The notes beneath the pieces are model-generated. The model searched no databases, was not told the DNA's origin, and saw only the letters and a list, made by a program, of their open reading frames with translations. A stretch of DNA of 64,000 nt from Candidatus Wolfebacteria bacterium GW2011_GWE2_44_13. GTDB taxonomy: Bacteria > Patescibacteriota > Minisyncoccia > UBA6257 > UBA9933. A program made the position numbers and the translations under genes. The stretch lies in NCBI GenBank assembly GCA_001000675.1, contig LCHW01000001.1, positions 488,875 through 552,874 on the forward strand, read 5' to 3'. Shown one piece after another: positions 12,901 through 21,555 of this stretch; position 1 is the first letter of the stretch, and every line of letters starts with the position of its first letter.

Positions 12901-14062
12901 TTGCAGTTAGCTGCGTCGAGCTGGCAAAAACTGTCGTTCGGTCCGATCCATTAAGACGCACGACTGATGCGGAAACAAAATTTGTTCCATTGACCGTCAT
13001 CGTGAATTGCGCATCCCCTACTGTTTTAGAGCTCGGCGATATGCCCGTCGTTGTCGGCACTGGATTGCGTACCTGTATGACCGGCGATAACCCAATGCTT
13101 GTCAGCGTTCCTCCAGCGTCAAAACGCGATTGCGTCGTAAATGTATAGTCACCTGCCGTACTCGGCGCAGTGACTCCGCTCGTACCACCTCCACTTCCGT
13201 ATGTTATTGTTGCCGTTCCTGCCGATGGCATCGTCAAAAAGGGCACGTTAACCGTCCACGGTCCCGCGCCTGAAATTGTTGGCGATCCCGGACCAAGTAA
13301 AACATAATCAACAAAAATCGTTCGCGAATCGCATCCGCTTCCTTTACAAATAATACCCACTCCATTTATTGAAGATCGGGCGGCCGTAAGGTCAAAGGTG
13401 AAGTATGTCCAGGTATTCGCTGCTAATGATTGCACATTGAACGTCTCTTCTGCCGCACCATCACCAAGGTCGGTACCCGTTGTACCATCAACGTATGCCA
13501 CCTGGATATAGTTCATTGCCGACGATATTGCAACCGATGAACGGAGCCATACTCCTAGTTTTGTATACCCAGACCAATCGGCATTCGCAAAACGATAGCT
13601 AAAGGAATCCCCATCATCTGGACCGTTTGCCTGCGTATTAATACATTGGATTGATGCAGTACCCTCCTTTACTGTTCCCGCGGTAGCAGACAACGTGCTG
13701 CATGCATCGAAATCATCCTCTTGCCAGCCCGTTGCCGAGTCGGCAGTTGTTACTACATCGCCCACGATACCAGAGGGTGACGTTGCTGTGATATATCCCG
13801 CCGTTCCGATATTTTCTTGTGGTGCTGACCATCCTGCCGGCACAGCAATAGAAATACCGCCTGAGTCCATTGTTTCTGCGGCTGTAGAAGTAAACGTAAA
13901 CGTATTCCCTGTCGATGAAACATCCGTACTTGTCGGCGTGACGGAATTTGTCCCTGAACCGTTTGCTGCATACACGGGTGCGGTACCCAAAAGAACACTT
14001 CCGATCATTAATCCGACTAGTGCGAATATATTAAACAATGGTACACCTTTTTTATGGGACAT
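3980..14062 (-). CDS. Giant (3360 aa) secreted Ig-repeat adhesin-like protein with a C-terminal dockerin-like module
   Basis: Signal peptide, two IPT/TIG-like domains, 16 Big_3-type repeats, alternating Ig-like repeats, poly-Gly linker, duplicated DLNNNGGIDIGD / DLNNDGKVDISD Ca-binding loops. Confidence 0.88.
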   Translation of the reverse strand: MSHKKGVPLFNIFALVGLMIGSVLLGTAPVYAANGSGTNSVTPTSTDVSSTGNTFTFTSTAAETMDSGGISIAVPAGWSAPQENIGTAGYITATSPSGIVGDVVTTADSATGWQEDDFDACSTLSATAGTVKEGTASIQCINTQANGPDDGDSFSYRFANADWSGYTKLGVWLRSSVAISSAMNYIQVAYVDGTTGTDLGDGAAEETFNVQSLAANTWTYFTFDLTAARSSINGVGIICKGSGCDSRTIFVDYVLLGPGSPTISGAGPWTVNVPFLTMPSAGTATITYGSGGGTSGVTAPSTAGDYTFTTQSRFDAGGTLTSIGLSPVIQVRNPVPTTTGISPSSKTVGDAQFTMTVNGTNFVSASVVRLNGSDRTTVFASSTQLTATIPASDMTAPTTTAQITVFNPTPGGGVSNAQTFTVNKANITITLGSSLNPSTYGDSVTFTATTTSSVSTPTGTVTFFNGATPLATSTLTGGVATLATSTLSIATHSITAVYNGDTNFNASTSATVLQTVNKANITITLDSSLNPSTYGDLVTFTATTTSGVGTPSGTVTFKNGGVAFATSTLTDGVATVATSTLTVGAHSITATYNGDATFNASTSAAVSQTVNKANITITLGSSLNPSTYGDLVTFTATTTSGAGTPSGTVTFKDGVTNLATSTLTGGVATFAVSALTVGAHSITAVYNGDTNFNASTSATVSQTVNKANITITLASSLNPSTYGDSVTFTATTTATAGTPSGTVTFFDGATPLATSTLTGGVATLATSSLNVATHSITAVYNGDTNFNASTSAAVSQTVNKANITITLGSSLNPSTYGNLVTFTATTTSSVSTPTGTATFFDGATPLATSTLTGGVATFATSVLTIGAHSIIAVYNGDTNFNASTSAAVSQTVNKANITITLGSSLNPSTYGDSVTFIATTTSGVGTPSGTVTFFNGATPLATSTLSSGVATFLTDALTVGAHSITATYNGDATFNASTSAAVSQTVNKANITITLASSLNPSTYGDSVTFTATTTATAGTPSGTVTFKNGGVAFATSTLTGGVAIVATSTLTVGAHSITATYNGDTNFNVSTSAAVAQTVNKADITITLDSSLNPSTYGDAVTFTATTTSSVGTPSGTVTFFNGATPLATSTLTGGVATLATSSLTVGVHSITAVYNGDANFNASTSAAVAQTVNKANITITLGSSLNPSTYGDSVTFTATTTALFGTPSGTVTFFDGVVSLGDGTLSGGVATLATSSLAVGAHSITATYNGDTNFNASTSAAVSQTVNKANITITLASSLNPSTYGDLVTFTATTTSGLGTPSGTVTFKNGGVAFATSTLTGGVATVATSTLTVGAHSITATYNGDDMFNASTSAAVLQTVNKADITITLDSSLNPSTYGDLVTFTATTTSGAGTPSGTVTFKDGVTNLATSTLTGGVATFATSALTVGAHSITAVYNGDTNFNASTSAAVVQVVNKMDITITLGSSLNPSTYSDSVTFTATTTALSGTPSGTVTFFNGATPLATSTMTGGVATFVTSTLSATTHSITATYNGDTNFNASTSAAVSQVVNKANITIIMGSSLNPSTYGDSVTFTATTTSGVDTPSGTVTFFNETTPLATSTLTGGVATFATDVLLVGTHSITAVYNGDANFNASTSAAVSQVVNKKSVTITLGSSLNPSAYGDLVTFTATTTALSGTPTGDVTFFNGATPLATSTIAGGVATFATSSLAVGVHSITAVYNGDTNFNASTSAAVLQTVNKANITITLASSLNPSTYGDLVTFTAMTTSGVGTPSGTVTFKNGGVAFATSTLTDGVATLATSTLSIATHSITATYNGDTNFNASTSAAVLQTVNKANITITLDSSLNPSTYGDLVTFTATTTSGVGTPSGTVTFKDGVTNLATSTLTGGIATFATDALAVGAHSITAVYNGDANFNASTSATVSQVVNNPTPIITLLSPNTIEEGSATTSLTISGSRFASDATVTFDGTPLTIDTQSSTTINTTIPASLVTAFGTSTVAVINPVPGGGTATSSFIITRGAAKFVFNGHPYSGTVDAPITITIQAQRENGTVVTNYQNDVTLNVSGSALPESVLINIINGVGTTTISNTVAEIVTLTLADTQSTGLDVTATTSATFGHGAITQFTLAGPATLNVGDRAEFTTTRKDQYGNPVTSGPDTTVYFYTTSTSSSAVFYDAATNGNTITSAIIGSGASTTMAWYYDEDPGVYTITASDNGAAPDGDTGINDATSTLTVNAVATRFVIIDPTDGTVDAPITVVVQAQDNLGRLITDYQNDVTLIASSTGGLVNATSTLVGIVNGSGTTTISNTVAETVFLSLADSQGTGLNVASSTQDVVFAPGEVTQFSLTHSGDMEQNTRKEFVAGRKDQYGNFVSASTTQAYLYASPTSTAKFYDADAGGNEITAITLTPGNATTSFWLYSNTPATTTVTVSDNATTPDGDTNINDAVNEILVTPIAVRFEIVDPTDGTVDAPITVTVRALDEFGQVVPSFTEDVTLLVTGSAVANPVLVDLENGVGTTQVSDTVAETVTLTLSDTQSTGLVATSTQNVVFAVGAFAKLNLNNVVNATAGDLVAYTVTRTDQYDNQITSGSITVNLSATPTTTPGTFYSSNATSSSVITSVAIDSGNAVGQFWYYNEVADSYQVTAQTGAVIGYDDIVINAAAIAKFTINDRTSMNPASRVQYTVVRKDQFNNLVTTGDTTAYLYADPAGVGTSFYDAATNGNVVTSVAIGSGQSSQNAWYYEETSGAHTITASDNATAPDGAVGVLDASDVLSVQTATGTRFVFNPDPDPLTITAGNSSLVTIQVQDDFGNIDTNYQNDITLVTGVTSVSGTGLTNGQALIDIVNGEGTITLTDTVAETVNMALSDSQGTGLVVTDTASLVWTAGAVTQFTITDQASIVAGTSTPYTVTRKDQYGNTVTSGSNLVYLYSNSTGASARFQATETGTSSISFVTLANGFASTTFWYYDEDAGTWDITASDNATTADGATGIADASDSLIVTAAPVVADRYIILDPPDAGLNENIVVIIQAQDADGGLDTTVQEDVYLAFSTSSITSSPMKLDGRALVSVVDGIGTVTISDSVAETVQLSLERLTGSTSTLAITSTQDVMFFVRQVAVGGGGGGGSVYVAPTVTFSGRAYPGASVSLFARIGGQDIPLERNIEVRADGTFTIDFSGALRGLESFGLAILDKDGNVAQIKTYTMDKITRATEQKNLYIAPTAGLIQRTVAIGNNAGIAGSAAPGSVIRAEVDGQPVAAQAQVGNDGTYRLLVNTNGLAYGGHIIRMKQVDKDGIESDWSPSKVFMVSRALVTQADLNNNGGIDIGDWSIFLTRFASTDTEARKQVDLNNDGKVDISDFSVFIRSVVNR
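8283..12794 (-). repeat. 16 tandem intragenic 282-bp (94-aa) Ig-like repeats
   Basis: Consensus KANITITLxSSLNPSTYGDxVTFTA...HSITAxYNGDxNFNASTSAxVxQxVN counted 16 times; ends approximate. Confidence 0.93.
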
Positions 14063-14142
14063 AGACAGGTATTTTGTTTACGTTTATTACTTTTATAAGT
14101 ATATCACTCTTATATATGTGCGTGTATGGGGATAACTTTTTT

Positions 14143-15324
14143 TCATTGTACACCTCCCCTTGTGTAGTTGCTTGATGGGTTCCATAACATATACCCAGCG
14201 TAGTTCTCGCCCAATACATCTTCCGTTGCTTTAATCTGTTTACCAATCATTACGCTGTCATAATCCGCGCCAAGGTCAAAGTCTTGCAACCATGGTCTTA
14301 GTTGTGCAGTCGTTGATGCGGTCGTTCGATATATATCTAATCGTTGCTGTCCTTTTTGCATTGAATCCGCAACGATTTCATAGGGCCACGCTGCTGGCTT
14401 TTTATATCCCATGAATCCGTTTGGGTAGTGTGATGGGTACACCATTGGAGCGATGTAATCGAAATTCGCGTACGCATCTTCTACAATTTGTCCGATTCCA
14501 ATATCCTCCGCCTTAATCATCGTAAAGCCAAACAAGTCTGCCGAAATGATAGTTCCCTTTGTTTGTTCACGCAGATAGCGCATGAACTTTTTTATTGCCT
14601 CTGTCTTTGACGCGTCTACGGGTGTAATGGGATAGCCTATATTTGATAACGATCCATCAGACGGAAATCGAATGTAATCGTAATTCACTTCATCAAACCC
14701 GTAACTCAAAACATCTTTTGATAGCGCTACAACATATTCGTGCACCTCTGTTGATGATGGGTCAACCCATGCGAGTTTTTTATTATCACGCCAAAGGGTC
14801 TTCCCCGATATCACACCACCTGCAGCACGTAGCTTTGCCACGTCTTGCACCGCAAGGTCGGGACGTGCTTCTGCAAAAGCACTGTCTTGGAATACTGCGA
14901 CGCGCGCGATGACGTAAATCTCTTCGTCGTGAAATCTCTGTACTAAGCCCGCGAGATCTTTGATAAATTTTTGACGCAACTTATACTGTTTAACAATTTC
15001 CAGTTGCGAGTCATATGCCACCATGCCAAACGAATCTTTGACATCTATCACAACTGCGTTGAGCCCATCTTTTTTCATATTGATAACCGCCTGCACTTTA
15101 TCTTCGCGGCCACCGGAAGGCGCAGTTAAATATACCGCCTTCATAATTTTTGGCGTTGCCATTCTTTTTATTATTGGCTCTTCTTTTTTTAACAATGCTT
15201 CTTCGCGTGAAGACGGTGTAGAAGTTGCAGTTGGATTGATGAGTGCGTTATTTGTTTGCGACAAACCAAACGCTGCTGCGCTTACCATTACTCCGCCAAC
15301 TCCAATAAAAAATAACTTCTTCAT
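14143..15324 (-). CDS. Putative glycoside hydrolase (DUF4015)
   Basis: LNAVVIDVKD, IARVAVFQD, WVDP, GFDEVNYDYIRFP, PMVYPSHY, RPWLQDF, WNPSSNY; start taken at MKKLF. Confidence 0.85.
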   Translation of the reverse strand: MKKLFFIGVGGVMVSAAAFGLSQTNNALINPTATSTPSSREEALLKKEEPIIKRMATPKIMKAVYLTAPSGGREDKVQAVINMKKDGLNAVVIDVKDSFGMVAYDSQLEIVKQYKLRQKFIKDLAGLVQRFHDEEIYVIARVAVFQDSAFAEARPDLAVQDVAKLRAAGGVISGKTLWRDNKKLAWVDPSSTEVHEYVVALSKDVLSYGFDEVNYDYIRFPSDGSLSNIGYPITPVDASKTEAIKKFMRYLREQTKGTIISADLFGFTMIKAEDIGIGQIVEDAYANFDYIAPMVYPSHYPNGFMGYKKPAAWPYEIVADSMQKGQQRLDIYRTTASTTAQLRPWLQDFDLGADYDSVMIGKQIKATEDVLGENYAGYMLWNPSSNYTRGGVQ

Positions 15325-15541
15325 ATATCTAAAGTATATCACGTATATTCACTATGTAATATAGCAAACAACTCGTACAGTACTGCATTTTTCATTTTTT
15401 AACTTCTCTTTTGTTACATATATTTTCCAAACAAAAATTTATTCCACATCCTTAAGCGGTAGCCCTCTCGGCTTTTGTCGATTACTTAAATATACCATCC
15501 TCACGTATCAATATTACGCATACTGTACGGATCTCTATTTG

Positions 15542-15707
15542 TGTCATTCCCACCCTTCGTCCGCCAACCGGCGGATCAGAGTAAACTGCGGCGGGAATCC
15601 AGAATTCTTCCGAGTACGCCCTCCCAATCCTAGAGGGCTTATGAGTAAGAACAGACTCTAAGGAGAATCTGGCGATTTCCTAGATTCCCGCCTGCGCGGG
15701 AATGACA
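15542..15707. repeat. REP-like palindromic doublet with internal insertions
   Basis: tgtcattccc...gcgggaatccag and ctagattcccgcctgcgcgggaatgaca ends, shared with other copies in the window. Confidence 0.8.
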
Positions 15708-15927
15708 ATCAGTTGAAGCTTATGGAGCCAATGCGTTTTTACGAATTTCGAGCGCACCACGAAAGCAGAGCATCCACATATCCGGTATTATCCCCACTAT
15801 ACATTCTCCAGCTCCCTTCTTAGGCTTATCCGTTCTACTTTTGTTCTACATACATTCACTACGCTATATACACGTTCATTATCGTATGTTCTACATCTGT
15901 TCTATATCTACCAAAAAAGAGGCTTTT

Positions 15928-16668
15928 CTATTGCCTCTTTCTTTTTACCTTAAACGTCGTTCCTATTTCTTTTCCATCTATTGCATCAATGATCGCGTTG
16001 CGCTTTTTGCCAGGCACAAGCCATACGCCAACCCCCTTTTTACATACCATATCAGCAACCGTCAGCTTACTTTGCATCCCCCCACTTCCCACAGCGCTTT
16101 TCCCCCGCACAAGCTGAGATGCCTTTTGTATATCATCCACCGCATGAATAACCTCACCCGTGTCGTAATTAATCAAGCCTTTTTCTCTAATAAGAAGGTA
16201 TAGCTGATCAGCTGCAATCATCGTTGCAACACGTGCCGCAAGGATGTCATTATCTGCATATTCTTTTATTGCATCCAGCTCTTCCCCACTCACGCTGTCA
16301 TTTGCGTTAATTACGGGAATGATTCCGTTCTTCATGGCTTCTAAGAGTACCTTTTTCGTATACGTACTGCGCTCGCCGCTCAGATCTTCATGTGTATAGA
16401 GTAGCTGACATACTTCGCGTCCAAATTTATTACAGTAACTCCCATACAGTTGCATCAACTTTGGCTGCCCAATTGCCGCACGAAGGCTTTTAGAAAACGT
16501 CGTAGTTGGACAACTTGCCACTGCCCCCGAAGATACCAACGCAACCGAGTGTCCGCGGCTAATTAGTTCGTTTACCTGCTCCACGATAGATGCGATAGTG
16601 CGTCGGTCTATTACCCCGCCTTCTTTCTTCACAAGTACCGCGCTCCCAATTTTTATCACGATCTTCAT
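15928..16668 (-). CDS. proB: Glutamate 5-kinase (no PUA domain)
   Basis: IVIKIGS, VSSGAV, AAIGQ, PVINAND, DNDILAA, GSGGMQSK; start moved to MKIVIK. Confidence 0.85.
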   Translation of the reverse strand: MKIVIKIGSAVLVKKEGGVIDRRTIASIVEQVNELISRGHSVALVSSGAVASCPTTTFSKSLRAAIGQPKLMQLYGSYCNKFGREVCQLLYTHEDLSGERSTYTKKVLLEAMKNGIIPVINANDSVSGEELDAIKEYADNDILAARVATMIAADQLYLLIREKGLINYDTGEVIHAVDDIQKASQLVRGKSAVGSGGMQSKLTVADMVCKKGVGVWLVPGKKRNAIIDAIDGKEIGTTFKVKRKRQ

Positions 16669-16729
16669 ACTTTTATTATATATGTTTGTCCATATAAATA
16701 AAATCCGCGGGCATACGCCCGCGGCTCTG

Positions 16730-16915
16730 TTATCCACTTCCCCGCCAATCACTTTCCTTTTCCTCTTTCTCCTGCACAACACATGTTCCGATCTGTACCT
16801 TATCAAAACAACTTACACAGGCCATGATCTCATTGCCTTTTCTGTCCCTATCGGACAGCGGCTTCATTTTTCCTCTGAACAGATACGGCTTGCCACATAG
16901 CATACAGTGGGGCAT
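16730..16915 (-). CDS. Small zinc-ribbon-like hypothetical protein
   Basis: CMLC...CVSC pair; GAGGAG SD upstream; directly follows truB. Confidence 0.5.
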   Translation of the reverse strand: MPHCMLCGKPYLFRGKMKPLSDRDRKGNEIMACVSCFDKVQIGTCVVQEKEEKESDWRGSG

Positions 16916-16938
16916 GTTCCCTCCTCGTCTTTTCGAAT

Positions 16939-17733
16939 TTATTTGCTGTCATTAGTGTCTTCCACTTGCTTCTTATTGTCAAACCGCAGACTATCGCCAA
17001 TTGCATATGGCCCTACGCTTGTTCGCACTAATCGGGCGAGTATCGCGTCTGCGCCCAACTGTCTTCCTATTGTATGTGCAAGCGTGCGGATATATGTTCC
17101 ACTCCCGCATTGCACCGTTACGCGTACAACGTCGAATATTTCCTTTTCTTTTTCACCCAACAAAGCATTCCATTGAGCTACTATTGCTTCTTGTCTAAAA
17201 TCTCCTGCTACGTTTCCAATATTTTTTTTAATCACATCTTGTAGCGCTAACCCCGTTACACTTCTTCGCTCTATCACGCGCATCGATTGTACACACATTA
17301 ATCGCGTTGGGGTTTTTATTTCATGCATTCTATTTTCGCGCGCCCATTGAAATAATGGTTTACCTTCTACCGGTTTTGACGAGTATATCGGAAACGCATA
17401 TTCTTTTTCACCATGCATATTTTTGATCGCTTCTTCTAGTTGCTCATTTGTAATCTTTTGGGCTGCGCGTATCGTCGGCATACCTAAAAGATCGTGCGTA
17501 TCTGTTCCAATACCGAACATAATATCAGCCTCGTATGTTTTATCGAGTTTTGTATATTCTTCTTTTGTATGCACCGCCTCCCCTACAAGTACCACTAATA
17601 CGCCTTCTGCCATGGGATCAAGTCGCCCTGCATATGTCATCTTTGCGTCCTGTAATTCTGGACGCACTTTGCGCAATGCATCGAGCGCCTGTAATGGCGT
17701 CCATCCTAGGGGTTTATAAATATTCAATACCAT
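16939..17733 (-). CDS. truB: tRNA pseudouridine synthase B family
   Basis: KPLGWT, YAGRLDPMAEGVL, KTY, TDTHD, CGSGTYIRTL, LVRTSVG. Confidence 0.88.
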   Translation of the reverse strand: MVLNIYKPLGWTPLQALDALRKVRPELQDAKMTYAGRLDPMAEGVLVVLVGEAVHTKEEYTKLDKTYEADIMFGIGTDTHDLLGMPTIRAAQKITNEQLEEAIKNMHGEKEYAFPIYSSKPVEGKPLFQWARENRMHEIKTPTRLMCVQSMRVIERRSVTGLALQDVIKKNIGNVAGDFRQEAIVAQWNALLGEKEKEIFDVVRVTVQCGSGTYIRTLAHTIGRQLGADAILARLVRTSVGPYAIGDSLRFDNKKQVEDTNDSK

Positions 17734-17764
17734 TTTTTCTCAAGCGTAAGCATTCAGACATTCG

Positions 17765-18778
17765 TTACAACGAATACGCCCAACTAAATATCTCTTCTAT
17801 TGTTTTACTATCGAGATGCGGACTATGCGTGCTCTCATCTATGGATGTTGCCGGATTATTTTTGAAAATGTTTAATCGTACTTGATTCGTATTTTTTATT
17901 TGCTCATATAATTTTGGCTGAGCCTTGTTGCATATTGAATCTCTTTCTCCACAATTAAGCAGAATTCGCGCAGGGCTTTTTATTGCAATGTTTACAGTCT
18001 CGCTACTCACGAAGTTTGTCGTACACGTGCCCGACCCATCATCTTTTTTTAGTTGCGATGGATGAAACCCCGCATCAACAACCACCCCTCGTATGTCTTG
18101 TACCATGTCGTTAACAAGCATTGAAAAAACTGCCCCTTCGGAAAAGCCATACACAACAAAACCCTTTACTCCGAGATTACGCATCGCCCAGCTTCTTGCA
18201 TCTTGCACCATTTCTATATCCACATTCCCGCTTTTTTCAAGCCTAAACTGCCTCTTGCTGCAATACGGGCATTCCGCCTGAAATAAAATAACGGCAATTC
18301 CTTCGGAAAGCGCCTTTTCTATTATGGGCTGTGCCTTTAGTGCAAACTGACACGCAATACCGTTTGTTCCAGGAAACATAAGGAGTCCCTGCTCGGCTTT
18401 TTGTGTGCCTTCAGGAAGAAGATAGACGATGTTTGCCCCGTGGGCTAAGGCCTCTGTTTTTGCTGCTACTCCAAAAATCGAAGATAGCCGATTTATGTCG
18501 CATCGGCTGGAAATTTCACATGTAAAACCACTAGGACTGCTAATTGAGTCTACTTCTTCTTGCGTATCCTTTTTTCTGCTTTCGTCACTGGTATTTCCTT
18601 TGCCCACCTCTTCCTGTACGAGTATTTGCTGCTGACTGTTTTTCTCTTCTTTAATAGCGCCAACCGACTTTTCCTTGTTGCTCTCCTCTAAACGTGCCGT
18701 GTACATAAATATAAACCCGCATATCATAAGCGCGCCACATACCCCCCCTCCAATTATTACTTTTCTTTGTGTAGCCAT
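17765..18778 (-). CDS. Membrane-anchored alpha/beta-hydrolase (esterase-like)
   Basis: N-terminal TM; GFSEG nucleophile elbow; GERD and a C-terminal His. Confidence 0.6.
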   Translation of the reverse strand: MATQRKVIIGGGVCGALMICGFIFMYTARLEESNKEKSVGAIKEEKNSQQQILVQEEVGKGNTSDESRKKDTQEEVDSISSPSGFTCEISSRCDINRLSSIFGVAAKTEALAHGANIVYLLPEGTQKAEQGLLMFPGTNGIACQFALKAQPIIEKALSEGIAVILFQAECPYCSKRQFRLEKSGNVDIEMVQDARSWAMRNLGVKGFVVYGFSEGAVFSMLVNDMVQDIRGVVVDAGFHPSQLKKDDGSGTCTTNFVSSETVNIAIKSPARILLNCGERDSICNKAQPKLYEQIKNTNQVRLNIFKNNPATSIDESTHSPHLDSKTIEEIFSWAYSL

Positions 18779-18860
18779 TTTTATATATGCATCGTATCGT
18801 ATTCAATTATATAAGACAATAAAAACGCCTGCACCATGCAGACGTTTTTTGTTCTTACTA

Positions 18861-20018
18861 TTATCGCTTCAACCACACCTTTTGATACAGCATCATAGAA
18901 ATACTTCCGAGTGATGCGATGAGGAGCAAGAAGGCGAACAACCAACCTACGATTGGAATCATTCCAACTACTTGAAACACGAACACACCGATTACCGCAT
19001 TTTGCCAGTTCACTTCGTATGCACTCGCTTTCTTAATCATCTTCACTAATACCGTTCCAACAATAATGCCTGCGAGCACCTTTGCTGCCATGATCAGTAA
19101 TGTGTATAACAGTATTCCTGCGATACCAAGACCGATCCCAATAATACTCATAAATGCGAGAATGATTGCTGCGGGGCAAACAATCAATACCACAAATCCA
19201 CGAACCATTTCTTTACCGAAATTATCCGCGACTGTTTTTGTAAGTGACTGAATACCTTTACGGAACAATGTAACTCCCAGTACCGCGATAAGCATAGCGG
19301 CGATTAACTTTAACAATGCTACCGCTCCAACCATCGCCACCATTGCAGCTCCAGCTCGTTTGTCTACGCGTGTTGGTCGCTCTACTTTTTCAAACTTTGT
19401 TTCTCCTTGAATGACAGCGCCTTCAGCGACGATTACGGCGTCGGCTGCTTTATACCAAAGATTGCCATCAATCTTTGCGCTTCTTCCTATTGAAAATTGT
19501 TTATCTGATCGAACAGAAACGTCTTTACCAACGGTTCCATTGATCGTTACTTCTCCGGCTGCAACCTTTACACTCCCTTGTACTGTGCCATCGATAATTA
19601 CTTGTCCACCAGCGACAATAACATCTCCCGCAACTGTTGCACCAGAAATAATATGGAGTACACCTCCTGCGGCAACCACATCTCCTCCAACGGCATTCCC
19701 AATTGTGATTGTTCCGCCAACTACACGAACATCGTCTCCGACCACTCCTAACAACTCAACTGTTCCTCCTGCTGCAAACAAATCTCCCTCAACACTTCCT
19801 GTGAGTAACATATTTGCACCCGCTGCGGCTAAATCTCCTGACACCTCCCCTGCTACTACATTCGTCTGTGCGGCGACGTAAAGATCGCTCGCAACTGCAT
19901 CACCTTTTTGTAAGGTGTAATCACGCACTGCCTTAAGCTCTGCCCCCTGTGCCATTGCTGGCACGAGCACTATTGCAACCGCAAACACCAACGCTATCGT
20001 TTGTTTTATGTTTTTCAT
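18861..20018 (-). CDS. Beta-helix (bactofilin-like) repeat membrane protein
   Basis: Repeated GxVxGDxxxAGG units after a signal peptide; several C-terminal TM helices with IPIVGW. Confidence 0.75.
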   Translation of the reverse strand: MKNIKQTIALVFAVAIVLVPAMAQGAELKAVRDYTLQKGDAVASDLYVAAQTNVVAGEVSGDLAAAGANMLLTGSVEGDLFAAGGTVELLGVVGDDVRVVGGTITIGNAVGGDVVAAGGVLHIISGATVAGDVIVAGGQVIIDGTVQGSVKVAAGEVTINGTVGKDVSVRSDKQFSIGRSAKIDGNLWYKAADAVIVAEGAVIQGETKFEKVERPTRVDKRAGAAMVAMVGAVALLKLIAAMLIAVLGVTLFRKGIQSLTKTVADNFGKEMVRGFVVLIVCPAAIILAFMSIIGIGLGIAGILLYTLLIMAAKVLAGIIVGTVLVKMIKKASAYEVNWQNAVIGVFVFQVVGMIPIVGWLFAFLLLIASLGSISMMLYQKVWLKR

Positions 20019-20100
20019 AAAAAATAATACGAGTATTAGTTAGCGACTATTACTCGTATTATACCCCTTTTTATGCAATTGTTCCACACATTCGTCCAGC

Positions 20101-21555
20101 TCACTCCATCTTCCCTAGGTCAAGCTCTTCGTCAATACGAATCTGTTTAATAAACTCTGGCATATGGCTTACGATAATCATCGCTCCTTCATACTTATCG
20201 AGCGCCTTTGCGATGATTGGCAAGTGACGGAAATTGATATGGTTGGTAGGCTCATCGAGGATCAAGAGCCCTGGCTTTTGCAACATAAAGCGAGCAAATG
20301 ACAATAGCCCTTTCTGTCCTTCGGATAGGCTTTCTACTTTTGAGCCAAGCAAGTCTGCAGTGATTAAGAATCGTGCTGCAGCTCCGCGCACATCTTGATC
20401 GGTTGCTTCTATCGCAACTTCCTTTAACACATCGTATACGGTTGCATCAAAATCGAGTGTTGAAAAATCTTGACGATAATATCCCACAATCGTTCCGCTT
20501 TCTATTTTAGCGCCCTTGGCTGTGCCGTTGTAGAGCGATTCCAAAAGTGTGCTCTTGCCGATACCGTTTGGACCGGCAATTAACAAGTGCATTTTCTTAC
20601 GCAAAATTAAATCGAATTTCTTTTCAATTTTCTTGTGATCTTTCACAATACCAACCGATTCGAAACGTACTGCTGGATGTGAAATATCCTGATTCTCAAG
20701 CGTGAAGCTTGGAATCGTTTTGTCGTCACGGCGAACATCCACTTTGTCCTCCTCAAGCTCTTCGATTTTTTCTCGCATTGTTGCGGCGATGTTGCGCAAC
20801 TTACCTCCCTTCTGTGCGAAAAAGTTTGCCTGCTCTTTGCGGTTAATAATATCCTTTTCAAGACGCGCATTCTTACTGCGCTCTCGTTCTAAGCGCAGTT
20901 TAATTTCTTCCATCACCTTATAATAGTCTCCGGTATACTGTTCAACTTTTCGGGTAAATATATCGAGATACAATACGCCATGTGTAAATGCATTTAAGAA
21001 TTCCGCATCATGCGAAATAACGATACAGGTTTTATCATATGCTTTAAGATAGTCGGTTAAATGCGCAATACCTGCTTTATCTAAATTGTTCGTAGGTTCA
21101 TCAAGTAATAAAATATCTGGCTCCTGAATAAGCGCTGAGGCAAGTAATAATCGGGCTTGCTGTCCTCCGGAGAATGTTTTCATCTGTCGCTCAAGCGGCG
21201 CTTTTACATTGACGATTTCCAATACCGCGGCTATCTTCGGATCAATGTCGTATACTTTCTTATCGAACATACTCTCGAAGAAATCCTTCACCGTAAGCTC
21301 TAGCTGTTCGCGCGTTAAGACTTGGCGTGCAATTGCAATAGTAGAACCTTTTTCGATAGCAATCGAACCATCGAGCGGCTTTAACTCGCCGAGCAATAAT
21401 TTAAATAGCGTGCTCTTACCTGCACCATTTTGTCCCATGATGGTTACCTTTGCGCCTTCTCGGATAGAAAAATCAGCCTCTTCTAAGAGGGGCTTTGTAT
21501 GCTTGTATCCAAAGGATACTTCGTTGAATCTGATTATTACGTTCCCGTTGCTCAT
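20101..21555 (-). CDS. ABC-F family ATP-binding protein
   Basis: Two ABC domains (GQNGAGKS, FSGGQ, LLLDEPTNNLD; GPNGIGKS, LSEGQ, LILDEPTNH); no TM segments. Confidence 0.92.
   Translation of the reverse strand: MSNGNVIIRFNEVSFGYKHTKPLLEEADFSIREGAKVTIMGQNGAGKSTLFKLLLGELKPLDGSIAIEKGSTIAIARQVLTREQLELTVKDFFESMFDKKVYDIDPKIAAVLEIVNVKAPLERQMKTFSGGQQARLLLASALIQEPDILLLDEPTNNLDKAGIAHLTDYLKAYDKTCIVISHDAEFLNAFTHGVLYLDIFTRKVEQYTGDYYKVMEEIKLRLERERSKNARLEKDIINRKEQANFFAQKGGKLRNIAATMREKIEELEEDKVDVRRDDKTIPSFTLENQDISHPAVRFESVGIVKDHKKIEKKFDLILRKKMHLLIAGPNGIGKSTLLESLYNGTAKGAKIESGTIVGYYRQDFSTLDFDATVYDVLKEVAIEATDQDVRGAAARFLITADLLGSKVESLSEGQKGLLSFARFMLQKPGLLILDEPTNHINFRHLPIIAKALDKYEGAMIIVSHMPEFIKQIRIDEELDLGKME

Noticed and set aside
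4023-14135. Many plus-strand Val/Ala-rich ORFs
   Set aside because: Antisense shadows of the Thr-rich giant gene.
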